Source: a virus | DNA length: 64,000 nucleotides | Reading direction: 5' to 3' (one strand) | IMG/VR virus record: IMGVR_UViG_3300032238_000944 | Span: 18,926-82,925 of that record | Shown here: positions 18,725 through 26,336 of the stretch, piece by piece | Layout of the letters: each line of letters begins with the position of its first letter | How positions within the stretch are numbered: the stretch's first letter is position 1 | Made by a program: the position numbers and the translations under genes | Notes under the pieces: model-generated | What the model was told of the DNA's origin: nothing | Seen by the model: only the letters and a program-made list of their open reading frames with translations | The model's database searches: none

Positions 18725-19308
18725 ATATAATCAACTATACACTATTTCCAACGATTGTCACTGAAGTTGAATGTGATCTATTCAAATACATTCAAGGTGA
18801 TTTAATTCGTTGGATTTATAACTACAAATCTAAAACTGAAAGTGTAGTGTATAGTAATCGTGGAGGGTGGCAATCTCCAAACGATTTTCACAATGATCCT
18901 TCGTTTTCTGAGTTTAGAAATTATATTGTAACAAATGCAAATCATGCACTTTGTTATTATAATTGCCAATTTAGTTTAGACAACATGTGGATCAATATAA
19001 ACAAAAAAGGTGATTATAACATTTGCCATGATCATCCTGCATCCACAATGTCAGGTGTAATCTGGATTAAAACACCAGAAAATTGTGGTAAATTGAGTTT
19101 TCGTTCACCTCACGAATATGTTGAACATTCTTTATTAAAATGTGCTGATGAAGATGTAAAAAAAGAAAGAAATTATCGTGATACATTTGATTTTATGCCA
19201 AAAGAAGGAACTATGATATTATTTGCATCACATTTAATGCATTGGGTAGAGATGAATGAATCTGATGAGGATAGAATCTCAATTGCATTTAATTTGAATA
19301 TTGTATGA
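18721..19308 (+). CDS. Putative 2OG-Fe(II) oxygenase (TIGR02466-like)
   Basis: SNRGGWQS, WININ, HDH, LMHWVEMN..DRISIAFN. Confidence 0.85.
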   Translation: MNIINYTLFPTIVTEVECDLFKYIQGDLIRWIYNYKSKTESVVYSNRGGWQSPNDFHNDPSFSEFRNYIVTNANHALCYYNCQFSLDNMWININKKGDYNICHDHPASTMSGVIWIKTPENCGKLSFRSPHEYVEHSLLKCADEDVKKERNYRDTFDFMPKEGTMILFASHLMHWVEMNESDEDRISIAFNLNIV

Positions 19309-19544
19309 AACAACGTAAAAACTTGTGGAGATTGTGGGCAAAATCATTAGGTGAAAAAGCATCTAAATGTGATCGTGAGAGTGACACAATCGCTTTCATT
19401 CGTTCTTTCATCTTTATCACATATCTTATCACCAACTGTTTTATCATTTATGGTGTAGTTCGTACTCATATATTTCCAAAAACACAAAATCCAATTAAAT
19501 GTATTGTCATTAATAAATATGAATACGCTAAGAAAGTTCTATGA
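19305..19544 (+). CDS. Hypothetical membrane protein
   Basis: WRLWAKSLGEKAS plus TM segment. Confidence 0.7.
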   Translation: MKQRKNLWRLWAKSLGEKASKCDRESDTIAFIRSFIFITYLITNCFIIYGVVRTHIFPKTQNPIKCIVINKYEYAKKVL

Positions 19545-19744
19545 AATCCTTCCATCAATTTTTTGAAGATTTGGGTGAAAGAAGGCAACAACTTGCTCAA
19601 AGACAAAGAGATAAAGTTGTTGCATTCAAAGATAGAGCAAAAGCAAACATACAAAAACAAGCAGCAACTCATGCGGCTATTAAAAAACGTTATGATGCTA
19701 TGCAACAAGAAAGAGCAGAAAGAATGGCAAACAAATCTAGATAA
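19541..19744 (+). CDS. Putative capsid internal protein
   Basis: N-terminus MKSFHQFFE resembles T4 capsid-targeting MKTYQEFIAE; ATAAATA 19513-19519. Confidence 0.55.
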   Translation: MKSFHQFFEDLGERRQQLAQRQRDKVVAFKDRAKANIQKQAATHAAIKKRYDAMQQERAERMANKSR

Positions 19745-19751
19745 ATAATGG

Positions 19752-19806
19752 TGCTTATGTGTTTGGCGACTTATAAGCAGAAAGGGGGCAGAAATGCTCC
19801 TTTTCT
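19752..19806 (+). ncRNA. Candidate small RNA / regulatory leader complementary to the endonuclease 5' UTR
   Basis: Late-promoter-like ATAAATA 19741-19747, hairpin 19752-19779, GAAA-loop terminator-like stem 19779-19806; 16-bp complement to 19822-19838. Confidence 0.6.
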
Positions 19807-19808
19807 TG

Positions 19809-19816
19809 TATAAATA
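19809..19816 (+). promoter_or_regulatory. T4-type late promoter
   Basis: Perfect TATAAATA. Confidence 0.8.
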
Positions 19817-19839
19817 CTAATGCCAAACATATAAAGCAG

Positions 19840-20466
19840 ATGGAATACTACACTTACGCTTATTTGCGTGAAAATAGAACACCTTACTACATTGGTAAAG
19901 GTAAAGGTAATAGAGTTTACCAAAAAAATAGAAAATCAATAAACCCACCAAAAGATAAATCTAGAATAATATTTCTAAAACGAAATTTAACTGAAAAGGA
20001 AGCATTTAAACATGAAGTTTATATGATTTCTGTGTTTGGTAGAAAAGATTTGGGTACAGGTATTCTTTATAATCTTACAAATGGTGGAGAGGGAACTTCT
20101 GGAGCAAATAATTCGGGAAAAAGAAACGGTTTCTATCAAAAATCTCATACGGAAGAAACAAAACTAAAAATATCTAAAGCAAAAATTGGAACCAAGTTTC
20201 CTGAAGAATTAAAACCATTAGTATCCAAGAGAACTAAAAAAATGTGGGAAGATGGTGGTGTGTTTTCTACACCAAAGTTTAGACAAAAACTATCACAATC
20301 TTTATGCAAAAAGCAATATCAACTTACTAATGAAGAAGGGGAGGTATATTATACTAATAACATAGTGCTATTTTCCAAAGAACACAATTTAGATTACAGT
20401 TCAATGTACAAAGTTGTTAAAGGAAAACTAAAGTATTATAAAGGATGGGTAGGAAAAATCATATGA
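19840..20466 (+). CDS. GIY-YIG (Seg-like) homing endonuclease with NUMOD3 motif
   Basis: YYTYAYLRE..PYYIGKG..R, YNLTNGGEG, HTEETKLKISKA. Confidence 0.85.
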   Translation: MEYYTYAYLRENRTPYYIGKGKGNRVYQKNRKSINPPKDKSRIIFLKRNLTEKEAFKHEVYMISVFGRKDLGTGILYNLTNGGEGTSGANNSGKRNGFYQKSHTEETKLKISKAKIGTKFPEELKPLVSKRTKKMWEDGGVFSTPKFRQKLSQSLCKKQYQLTNEEGEVYYTNNIVLFSKEHNLDYSSMYKVVKGKLKYYKGWVGKII

Positions 20467-20498
20467 CTGGAACGATAAATATATAAAAAACGAAATAA

Positions 20499-20717
20499 AT
20501 GAAAACGTTTCAACAATTTCAAGAACAGTTGGAAAGAGGTAGATTAACTCCAGCAACACCTGCACAAACACAACAACAACGTGTTTCAAGTGTAAAGAGA
20601 GCAAGCATGATTGCTACAAAGATGCGTGGTCGTGCATCAGATGAATTAGATTCTCATCAATCCAACATGAGAACACTACTCAAAAAGTCTGGAGAAGATA
20701 TTAAAGGGGCCCACTAA
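20499..20717 (+). CDS. Putative capsid internal protein
   Basis: MKTFQQFQE N-terminus; ATAAATA 20475-20481. Confidence 0.55.
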   Translation: MKTFQQFQEQLERGRLTPATPAQTQQQRVSSVKRASMIATKMRGRASDELDSHQSNMRTLLKKSGEDIKGAH

Positions 20718-20780
20718 TCAGGCTGTCCACTATTCTCCCCAAATGCCCTCAGAACCTGTATATTGGCCATGTTCTGAGGG
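20711..20780 (+). promoter_or_regulatory. Early promoter cassette 7
   Basis: CCACTA-N6-CTGTCCAC; TATATT 20759 then GGCC; 10-bp inverted repeat flanks the -10. Confidence 0.8.
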
Positions 20781-20787
20781 ATTTCTA

Positions 20788-20922
20788 ATGTTTGAAGAAC
20801 TTTGGTCTGAGATTGCTGATGCTCCTGGCGAGATCTATGATCTACCCGAGATGCGTGAGTTTGATGACAACTACGATGATAAATCGTTCGCTACACTACT
20901 TGAAACTTCCTACGATTTCTGA
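20788..20922 (+). CDS. Small acidic early protein (44 aa)
   Basis: MFEELWSEIADAPGEIYDLPE...; not in ORF track. Confidence 0.6.
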   Translation: MFEELWSEIADAPGEIYDLPEMREFDDNYDDKSFATLLETSYDF

Positions 20923-21047
20923 TGCCTGACACCTATTCGTTCTCTGGTGATGCTGTAACATTCCTGGGCCTGGTTGGAGTTATCTCCACGGCAATTATTA
21001 TGGTTACAGTGTATAAACGTTACTGGAACTCTCCCTACCGCAAATAA
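20922..21047 (+). CDS. Small membrane protein (41 aa)
   Basis: MPDTYSFSGDAVTFLGLVGVISTAII...; not in ORF track. Confidence 0.6.
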   Translation: MPDTYSFSGDAVTFLGLVGVISTAIIMVTVYKRYWNSPYRK

Positions 21048-21049
21048 TC

Positions 21050-21358
21050 ATGGCAACTTGGCAAGCAGATGTATTCGTAAACTCACAAGTTGGGCGAATC
21101 AAAACTGAAGTAGAGGCAGCATCATTTGCTGGTGCCAAACAACAAATCTATGCAAAGCATGGTGATGTTCAGCAAATCACTAATTTACAACAAGTAAGGT
21201 CATCTTCGTTATCTTCGAGTTCTAGCAGCTCAGATAGTGGTGGCGGAGCAATCTTGTTACTCGGATTCATTGTCATTGCGTTAATTATGAACTATTGGTA
21301 TTATATTGTACCAGCAGCTATTATAATTGGTTTGCTTTGGTGGTTTGCAAATAAATGA
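21050..21358 (+). CDS. Hypothetical membrane protein
   Basis: Ser linker then two TM segments. Confidence 0.7.
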   Translation: MATWQADVFVNSQVGRIKTEVEAASFAGAKQQIYAKHGDVQQITNLQQVRSSSLSSSSSSSDSGGGAILLLGFIVIALIMNYWYYIVPAAIIIGLLWWFANK

Positions 21359-21537
21359 CAATGAATGTAACCGAACATAACATCAGTGATTGGGAGTTGA
21401 GTAATAGTGAAATTGAAGAGATCATTCGTCTCACTAAACTTGAGATGAAAAAGTATCCTGAAGATAAAGAAACTCAAATGTTCTATGGTATGATAGTTGG
21501 AAAGCTTATGATCATGAAGAATAATGAGGACACTTGA
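21355..21537 (+). CDS. Hypothetical protein
   Basis: ATGA-coupled. Confidence 0.65.
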   Translation: MTMNVTEHNISDWELSNSEIEEIIRLTKLEMKKYPEDKETQMFYGMIVGKLMIMKNNEDT

Positions 21538-21590
21538 AGAACTGTCACAAGGGCCCTTGCAAGAGGGTCTTTTTGCTGTATGATGGCCAC
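21528..21590 (+). promoter_or_regulatory. Early promoter cassette 8 with stem-loop
   Basis: GGACACTT-N6-CTGTCACA; GGGCCCT/AGGGTCT hairpin plus T-run; TATGAT 21579 then GGCC. Confidence 0.8.
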
Positions 21591-22487
21591 ATGAAGAACA
21601 CACACCTTAACCATCCTGAAGATGAAGTTCTTAATGGCAAAGATGCTGCCAAAAATGTTATTAAGTTTTTGCGTGAACGTAACTCTACATTGAGTGTAAA
21701 ATACGATGGAAGTCCAGCTGTAGTTTGGGGCACTTGTCCTTTCACTGGTTGGTTCTTTGTAGGCACAAAAAGTGTCTTCAACAAGAAGAAAATCAAGATC
21801 AATTATTCTCACTATGATATTGAAGTAAATCATGGTGATGTACCAAAGGTTGCATCAATTCTTCATGTTTGCTTTGACAATCTTCCTCGCATCAAAGGTA
21901 TTGTCCAGGGTGATTTCATCGGTTTCGGTGGTAATGACTTCTACAAGCCTAACACGATTGAGTATAACTTCGGTCGTCTTGTGAATGAGAATGTAATCAT
22001 TGCTGCTCATACATCCTACAACAGTTCTACTCATCTCAAAGATGCAATTGCGTCATTCGGTGTCAATGAGGAACTGCAATCTCCCAATGTTAAGTTTCTG
22101 AATACCAATGCACAGTTTGCCTCCCGTCGTCGTAGAATTGATTTGCTTTGTAGTCTTGCAAGTGTGGCTATCAATTTTGTTAAGTTCCCTGATGCAAAAG
22201 AGGGACAAGAACTCAAGATAGCCATCAATCGTTGTATTCGTGAACAACGTGACATTGCAGAGTCTGGTATGAACAACAATCTCGCAATTCTCTACAAACT
22301 GATCATTGAGATCAAAGAATTGCTGATGGAAGGTATTGTATCTGATGAAAATGTTGAGTGTTACATTGGCAATGACAAATGTGATCATGAGGGTTATGTC
22401 ATGACCAATGAGTTTGGTACATTCAAATTTGTCAATCGTGAAGTCTTCAGTTATAATAACTTTGTGCGTCCTAAGAGTTGGTCATGA
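21591..22487 (+). CDS. Ligase-like covalent nucleotidyltransferase (DUF6267-like)
   Basis: SVKYDG (motif I KxDG), QGD, HEGYV, FKFVNR; start moved to ATG 21591. Confidence 0.6.
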   Translation: MKNTHLNHPEDEVLNGKDAAKNVIKFLRERNSTLSVKYDGSPAVVWGTCPFTGWFFVGTKSVFNKKKIKINYSHYDIEVNHGDVPKVASILHVCFDNLPRIKGIVQGDFIGFGGNDFYKPNTIEYNFGRLVNENVIIAAHTSYNSSTHLKDAIASFGVNEELQSPNVKFLNTNAQFASRRRRIDLLCSLASVAINFVKFPDAKEGQELKIAINRCIREQRDIAESGMNNNLAILYKLIIEIKELLMEGIVSDENVECYIGNDKCDHEGYVMTNEFGTFKFVNREVFSYNNFVRPKSWS

Positions 22488-23041
22488 AATATAAAAATGT
22501 ATCTACAAGTGATGGAAAAGTTATTCACATTTATGATGAGGTTTTTTCTGAATTTGAAAAAAGTTTTCATGAAAAGTTTTGTTTTGAATCTAATTTTAGA
22601 TTAAGTTGGCAGTCATTTTTGTTGCCTTATTTTAGATGTAATCTTAGTGAAGAAGATGTAAAAAACTTTCGTTTTTTTGATAATGAAAACATCGTTAATA
22701 TAATTAAAAATCATGTGGGGGAAAATGTTAAAGTAATTGCAAGCTGGATTATTGTTACAACACCCTCTTTGATTCCTTACAATTTTCATCATGATGCCAC
22801 TGATGATGATAAAGATAATCAAAAAATCATTTTATATTATGTAAATAATGAATGGAATCGTAATTGGCACGGTCAAACATTATATGCAAATGACAATGGT
22901 GAATGTGAAATTGCAGTAGAATATAAACCGGGAAGAATTACTGTATATGATGCAAAAACTTGTCACGCTTCGGGTCCAATTACAAGTCCTACTTCTAAAC
23001 CAAAGTTTATTTTTGCGATGCACTTAGAATCTCAATCTTAA
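22484..23041 (+). CDS. 2OG-Fe(II) oxygenase
   Basis: FHHD, ILYYVNNEW..WHGQT, PGRITVYD..H. Confidence 0.8.
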   Translation: MKYKNVSTSDGKVIHIYDEVFSEFEKSFHEKFCFESNFRLSWQSFLLPYFRCNLSEEDVKNFRFFDNENIVNIIKNHVGENVKVIASWIIVTTPSLIPYNFHHDATDDDKDNQKIILYYVNNEWNRNWHGQTLYANDNGECEIAVEYKPGRITVYDAKTCHASGPITSPTSKPKFIFAMHLESQS

Positions 23042-23072
23042 AATGGTAAATAGAAAATAAAGAGTATCACAA

Positions 23073-23366
23073 ATGGAAGAACAGATTGAGATTACAAATG
23101 GCATCAATCATCACACTTGTTCATCACTTGAGGAAGCATACATTCTAGGGCAGCATTATGCAACAGAATTGCAAGGGGAAATCACAATTTTCGTAAATGG
23201 TGCAAAAGTTGATACAATCGCACCACAAAATAGATCATCTGAATTGTTTGGAGAGATTCCACCTAATCTAGAAGAAATGATTGCTGATGGTTATAATCCT
23301 AACGCAAAAGATGGTGACGGTGATGGACTCTTACAGGATGGCACAAAATGGGAAAGGCCAGTTTGA
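23073..23366 (+). CDS. Acidic protein with DxDxDG loop
   Basis: KDGDGDGLLQDGT; TAAATA at 23047. Confidence 0.65.
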   Translation: MEEQIEITNGINHHTCSSLEEAYILGQHYATELQGEITIFVNGAKVDTIAPQNRSSELFGEIPPNLEEMIADGYNPNAKDGDGDGLLQDGTKWERPV

Positions 23367-23434
23367 GGGCTGTCCACCATTTCACCCACTGGCAGCCAAA
23401 TGATGTATATTGGCCATGTTGAGAGATGAATCAC
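23356..23434 (+). promoter_or_regulatory. Early promoter cassette 9 (direct repeat copy A)
   Basis: GGCCAGTT-N6-CTGTCCAC; TATATT 23406 then GGCC; 59/64 identical to 24175-24238. Confidence 0.85.
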
Positions 23435-23665
23435 ATGGATCGCAAGTTTCACACCGTCAGCATTGAAGATCGTGAGATGTTTGCTTATAATGCTGCCTAC
23501 AACAAATCGAAGGCAGAGATTGCACGAATCAACGCACATCCTGAACAGCGTATGAAATATTGTTTTGAGTTTATGACACATGCTGATGACGAAATGCGTG
23601 TGAAATGCTACAACGCAATCGCAAAGTATTCCGCACAACTTGACTACTCCGAAGCACACTTCTGA
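23426..23665 (+). CDS. Hypothetical early protein
   Basis: First ORF after the promoter; start 23426 or 23435. Confidence 0.7.
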   Translation: MNHMDRKFHTVSIEDREMFAYNAAYNKSKAEIARINAHPEQRMKYCFEFMTHADDEMRVKCYNAIAKYSAQLDYSEAHF

Positions 23666-23686
23666 ATCCTTCACTAACACAAATCC

Positions 23687-23962
23687 ATGCTCGATTACCT
23701 CTGCATTTGTTTCGGTCATTCTGACATTCCGAACCACTGGTATAACATGAAGAGTCGTCATTCGACTGCTCGTGCTGCTGAAAGATTCGGTCTTGATAAT
23801 ATGTGTGTGGCAGGACAATTTGGTTTCGTTGTGATTGAAGAGACCAAAGATACCTGGAAGGTGTTAGATGATCGTTCGATGTTGCCTCCTTCTGGTTATA
23901 GTATTGGTTGCAACAATACCAACCTTTATGTTCAACCTGCTCCCCAACTTGTTCTTGTTTGA
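23687..23962 (+). CDS. Hypothetical early protein
   Basis: 91-aa ORF. Confidence 0.7.
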   Translation: MLDYLCICFGHSDIPNHWYNMKSRHSTARAAERFGLDNMCVAGQFGFVVIEETKDTWKVLDDRSMLPPSGYSIGCNNTNLYVQPAPQLVLV

Positions 23963-24102
23963 TGATGATGATGACTGATGATGAACTGTTTCGTAATCTC
24001 CTTGCCACATTGATTTGTGAGGATAAGTTAGAAGAATGGGAAACAAAAGCCGCTGAGTTAGAGTTACCATTGGACTACTACATTCAGGAGTTTGTAGGAT
24101 GA
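23962..24102 (+). CDS. Small acidic protein
   Basis: MMMMTDDELF...AAELELPLDYYIQEFV. Confidence 0.6.
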   Translation: MMMMTDDELFRNLLATLICEDKLEEWETKAAELELPLDYYIQEFVG

Positions 24103-24158
24103 AAGCTACGGTCTTTGCATTAGTCTGTCTTGGAATTGGTCAGGCAATTCTAATCAGT

Positions 24159-24238
24159 GTGCCAGTTCCCGAAGTGTCCACCATTTCACCCACTGGGTCT
24201 CAAATGATGTATATTGGCCATGTTAAGAGATGAATCAC
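24159..24238 (+). promoter_or_regulatory. Early promoter cassette 10 (direct repeat copy B)
   Basis: GTGCCAGTT-N6-GTGTCCAC; TATATT 24210 then GGCC. Confidence 0.85.
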
Positions 24239-24241
24239 CAA

Positions 24242-24406
24242 ATGCGAATTGATGTCAAATGCCATGCTGCTCCCTGGGAGAATACCACCACTGATGTGGA
24301 TCGTGCCTATGATCTCGCATATGATTTGAGTGAAGAATACCAATGCGATGTGGATCTTCGCTATAATGAAACTGGCATCATTTTCACCACTGTTTCTAAC
24401 TATTGA
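24242..24406 (+). CDS. Hypothetical early protein (54 aa)
   Basis: MRIDVKCHAAPWENTTTD..AYDLAYDLSEEY; not in ORF track. Confidence 0.65.
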   Translation: MRIDVKCHAAPWENTTTDVDRAYDLAYDLSEEYQCDVDLRYNETGIIFTTVSNY

Positions 24407-24409
24407 ATC

Positions 24410-24610
24410 ATGAAAAACATGACTTTTGTTGAAGGATTGATCGCATCTGGTTATGTATTTGATGATGAGAACTATGATGGTTGTTATGTAAAACAAGATG
24501 CAGATGGTTTCATTCATTGTTATCAAGAAGGAGAAGATGAAGGTGAATGGAATTATGTGAAAATGACTGATGAGTTTGATATTATCACTGAGAAAACATT
24601 TGCACTCTGA
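24410..24610 (+). CDS. Acidic hypothetical protein
   Basis: 66 aa, D/E-rich. Confidence 0.7.
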   Translation: MKNMTFVEGLIASGYVFDDENYDGCYVKQDADGFIHCYQEGEDEGEWNYVKMTDEFDIITEKTFAL

Positions 24611-24873
24611 TGATCTATTCAAATCTGTCAAAGATCAAACCAAAACTGAGAACAACTGGTCGCGTCTCTGGTAACTTTGGACGCAACAAAGTTCAAGCAG
24701 GTTCTTCACTTAATGAGATTGGAATGAGTACCAAAGAGACAATCAAATGTACCACACAAGATGAATATCTGAAGCGTCTACATGATGCCTTTGATCATAC
24801 CACAGATTCAAAACTGCGTCAGTTCATTTATACTGAGATTCGCAAGATTCATGTTCAACGCGGGACATGGTGA
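24610..24873 (+). CDS. Hypothetical protein
   Basis: Coupled ORF. Confidence 0.7.
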   Translation: MIYSNLSKIKPKLRTTGRVSGNFGRNKVQAGSSLNEIGMSTKETIKCTTQDEYLKRLHDAFDHTTDSKLRQFIYTEIRKIHVQRGTW

Positions 24874-24939
24874 CAGTCTGACAAGTGGCACAAGGCCCCT
24901 TGTGGACAGCCCCCATCTCATGTATTATGGCCACATGAG
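24870..24939 (+). promoter_or_regulatory. Early promoter cassette 11
   Basis: GTGACAGTC-N6-GTGGCACA; TATTAT 24923 then GGCC. Confidence 0.8.
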
Positions 24940-24986
24940 GGAAAGGGATTGCCCCAAACCTCACACTTCACTCGCTAATCACTCTC

Positions 24987-25310
24987 ATGCGTAAGATTGA
25001 ACAACTGATGAATGATGCAATTTCCAACAAGAAAGATTGGAAACTTGCTAACACTTGTGTCGAGTATTTCAGTGGTCATGATATTTCTCGTGTGTATCTG
25101 CATGACAATTTGATTGCTGAGATTGGTCCTACTTATGTTCAACTGTTCGATGGTGGATGGCAAACCAACACCACCAAATCGCGTCTCAATGCTATTCTTT
25201 CTGCACACGGATTGCCTGGAGAAGGTGTATTCCAAAAGAACTTTAATTGGTTCTTTCAGTCTCATGACTATGGCACGATTCCTTTCTTTTCAGGTATGCG
25301 AATTGCCTGA
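24987..25310 (+). CDS. Conserved phage early hypothetical protein
   Basis: MRKIE..VYLHDNLIA..DGGWQTNTTKSRLNAIL. Confidence 0.75.
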   Translation: MRKIEQLMNDAISNKKDWKLANTCVEYFSGHDISRVYLHDNLIAEIGPTYVQLFDGGWQTNTTKSRLNAILSAHGLPGEGVFQKNFNWFFQSHDYGTIPFFSGMRIA

Positions 25311-25348
25311 TTCTTTGTTCACCTTTTTCACAAACTTCGATTGATAAA

Positions 25349-25522
25349 ATGACTGACAACAAACTTGAAATGTTGAGTGCTCGTGAACAACTTATGAGCG
25401 ATATTGATTGTATCATCGAAAGTTTCTTTTATGATACCTGGGGCGATGAATACAACGAAGAACAACAAGAATTGGTGAAAACCTTGTGTGATGCTGTCTG
25501 TGCAAACTTTCCTTCTAAATGA
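25349..25522 (+). CDS. Hypothetical protein (57 aa)
   Basis: MTDNKLEMLSAREQLMSDID...LCDAVCANFP; not in ORF track. Confidence 0.65.
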   Translation: MTDNKLEMLSAREQLMSDIDCIIESFFYDTWGDEYNEEQQELVKTLCDAVCANFPSK

Positions 25523-25686
25523 CAATGACTAACACCAAAGATCTTTATTATACTGATGCCAAAGATGGCAAAGAACGTATGATTCAAGTTCCCGAAAATC
25601 TTGCATGGATTATGGTTCAGTCAATGCACATTGCTGGTGTTGATGCTTATATTGATCTCACTCCTACTGATACCATTGCTGCCTAA
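25519..25686 (+). CDS. Hypothetical protein (55 aa)
   Basis: ATGA-coupled; not in ORF track. Confidence 0.55.
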   Translation: MTMTNTKDLYYTDAKDGKERMIQVPENLAWIMVQSMHIAGVDAYIDLTPTDTIAA

Positions 25687-25690
25687 TCTC

Positions 25691-25924
25691 ATGATCATTC
25701 CAATTCTAAACAAACGTGGAAACACTCCCAAACCTTATCAAATCTCAAAGGAGAAAGTAGATCATAAAGAAGGAAGATTTATCGTCTGGAAGTATCACAA
25801 AAAAGTCATTGTGAATCATCAAGTGATGTACAAGTATTCACCGATTCGATATGATCAAGAACTCGCAAGGTTTAAGACAATGAAAGATGCAAAAGAGTTT
25901 GGACGTTATATCGTAGGACTATGA
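25691..25924 (+). CDS. Basic hypothetical protein
   Basis: MIIPILNKRG...; start moved to 25691. Confidence 0.6.
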   Translation: MIIPILNKRGNTPKPYQISKEKVDHKEGRFIVWKYHKKVIVNHQVMYKYSPIRYDQELARFKTMKDAKEFGRYIVGL

Positions 25925-26091
25925 GTAAGGTTATCGCATTGCATCACACAGAGGTTATACTTCTGAGAACAGATCAGGTTCATTTTATCAAGAATCTGTT
26001 ACGAGACTATGTGATAAGAACTGATAACAAAAGAAAATGTAATGATGCCATTCACATTCTTACTACTATTAGTAAGCAGTTAAATGATTAA
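25921..26091 (+). CDS. Hypothetical protein (56 aa)
   Basis: ATGA-coupled; not in ORF track. Confidence 0.5.
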   Translation: MSKVIALHHTEVILLRTDQVHFIKNLLRDYVIRTDNKRKCNDAIHILTTISKQLND

Positions 26092-26126
26092 AAAAGCCTT
26101 TTTTTAATTAAGCTGAGTTTAAGAAG

Positions 26127-26168
26127 TTTTCCACAAGCTGTTGAAAATTATGTGTTAATTGTGGAAAA
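26127..26168. promoter_or_regulatory. Cluster of DnaA-box-like 9-mers
   Basis: TTTTCCACA 26127-35 (+), TTTTCAACA 26139-47 (-), TTTTCCACA 26160-68 (-). Confidence 0.55.
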
Positions 26169-26246
26169 CATTGATACTTTAAAGCCCTTGGTTGTTGTGC
26201 ATTAGGACCCTTATAAACCCTTCTAGTCCTTGTGATCTTTGCGTGC

Positions 26247-26275
26247 AAGCTATCACAACCGCACAAAAATGTCAA
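26247..26275 (-). promoter_or_regulatory. Minus-strand sigma70-like promoter
   Basis: TTGACA-N17-TAGCTT with extended TGn. Confidence 0.55.
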
Positions 26276-26302
26276 GGCCCCTGATAAATACTCCCATGCC
26301 CC

Positions 26303-26336
26303 TTGACATAACCGCACAGGGGGGATTATACTGGCC
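26303..26336 (+). promoter_or_regulatory. Sigma70-like early promoter 12 (no upstream palindrome)
   Basis: TTGACA-N18-TATACT then GGCC. Confidence 0.75.
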
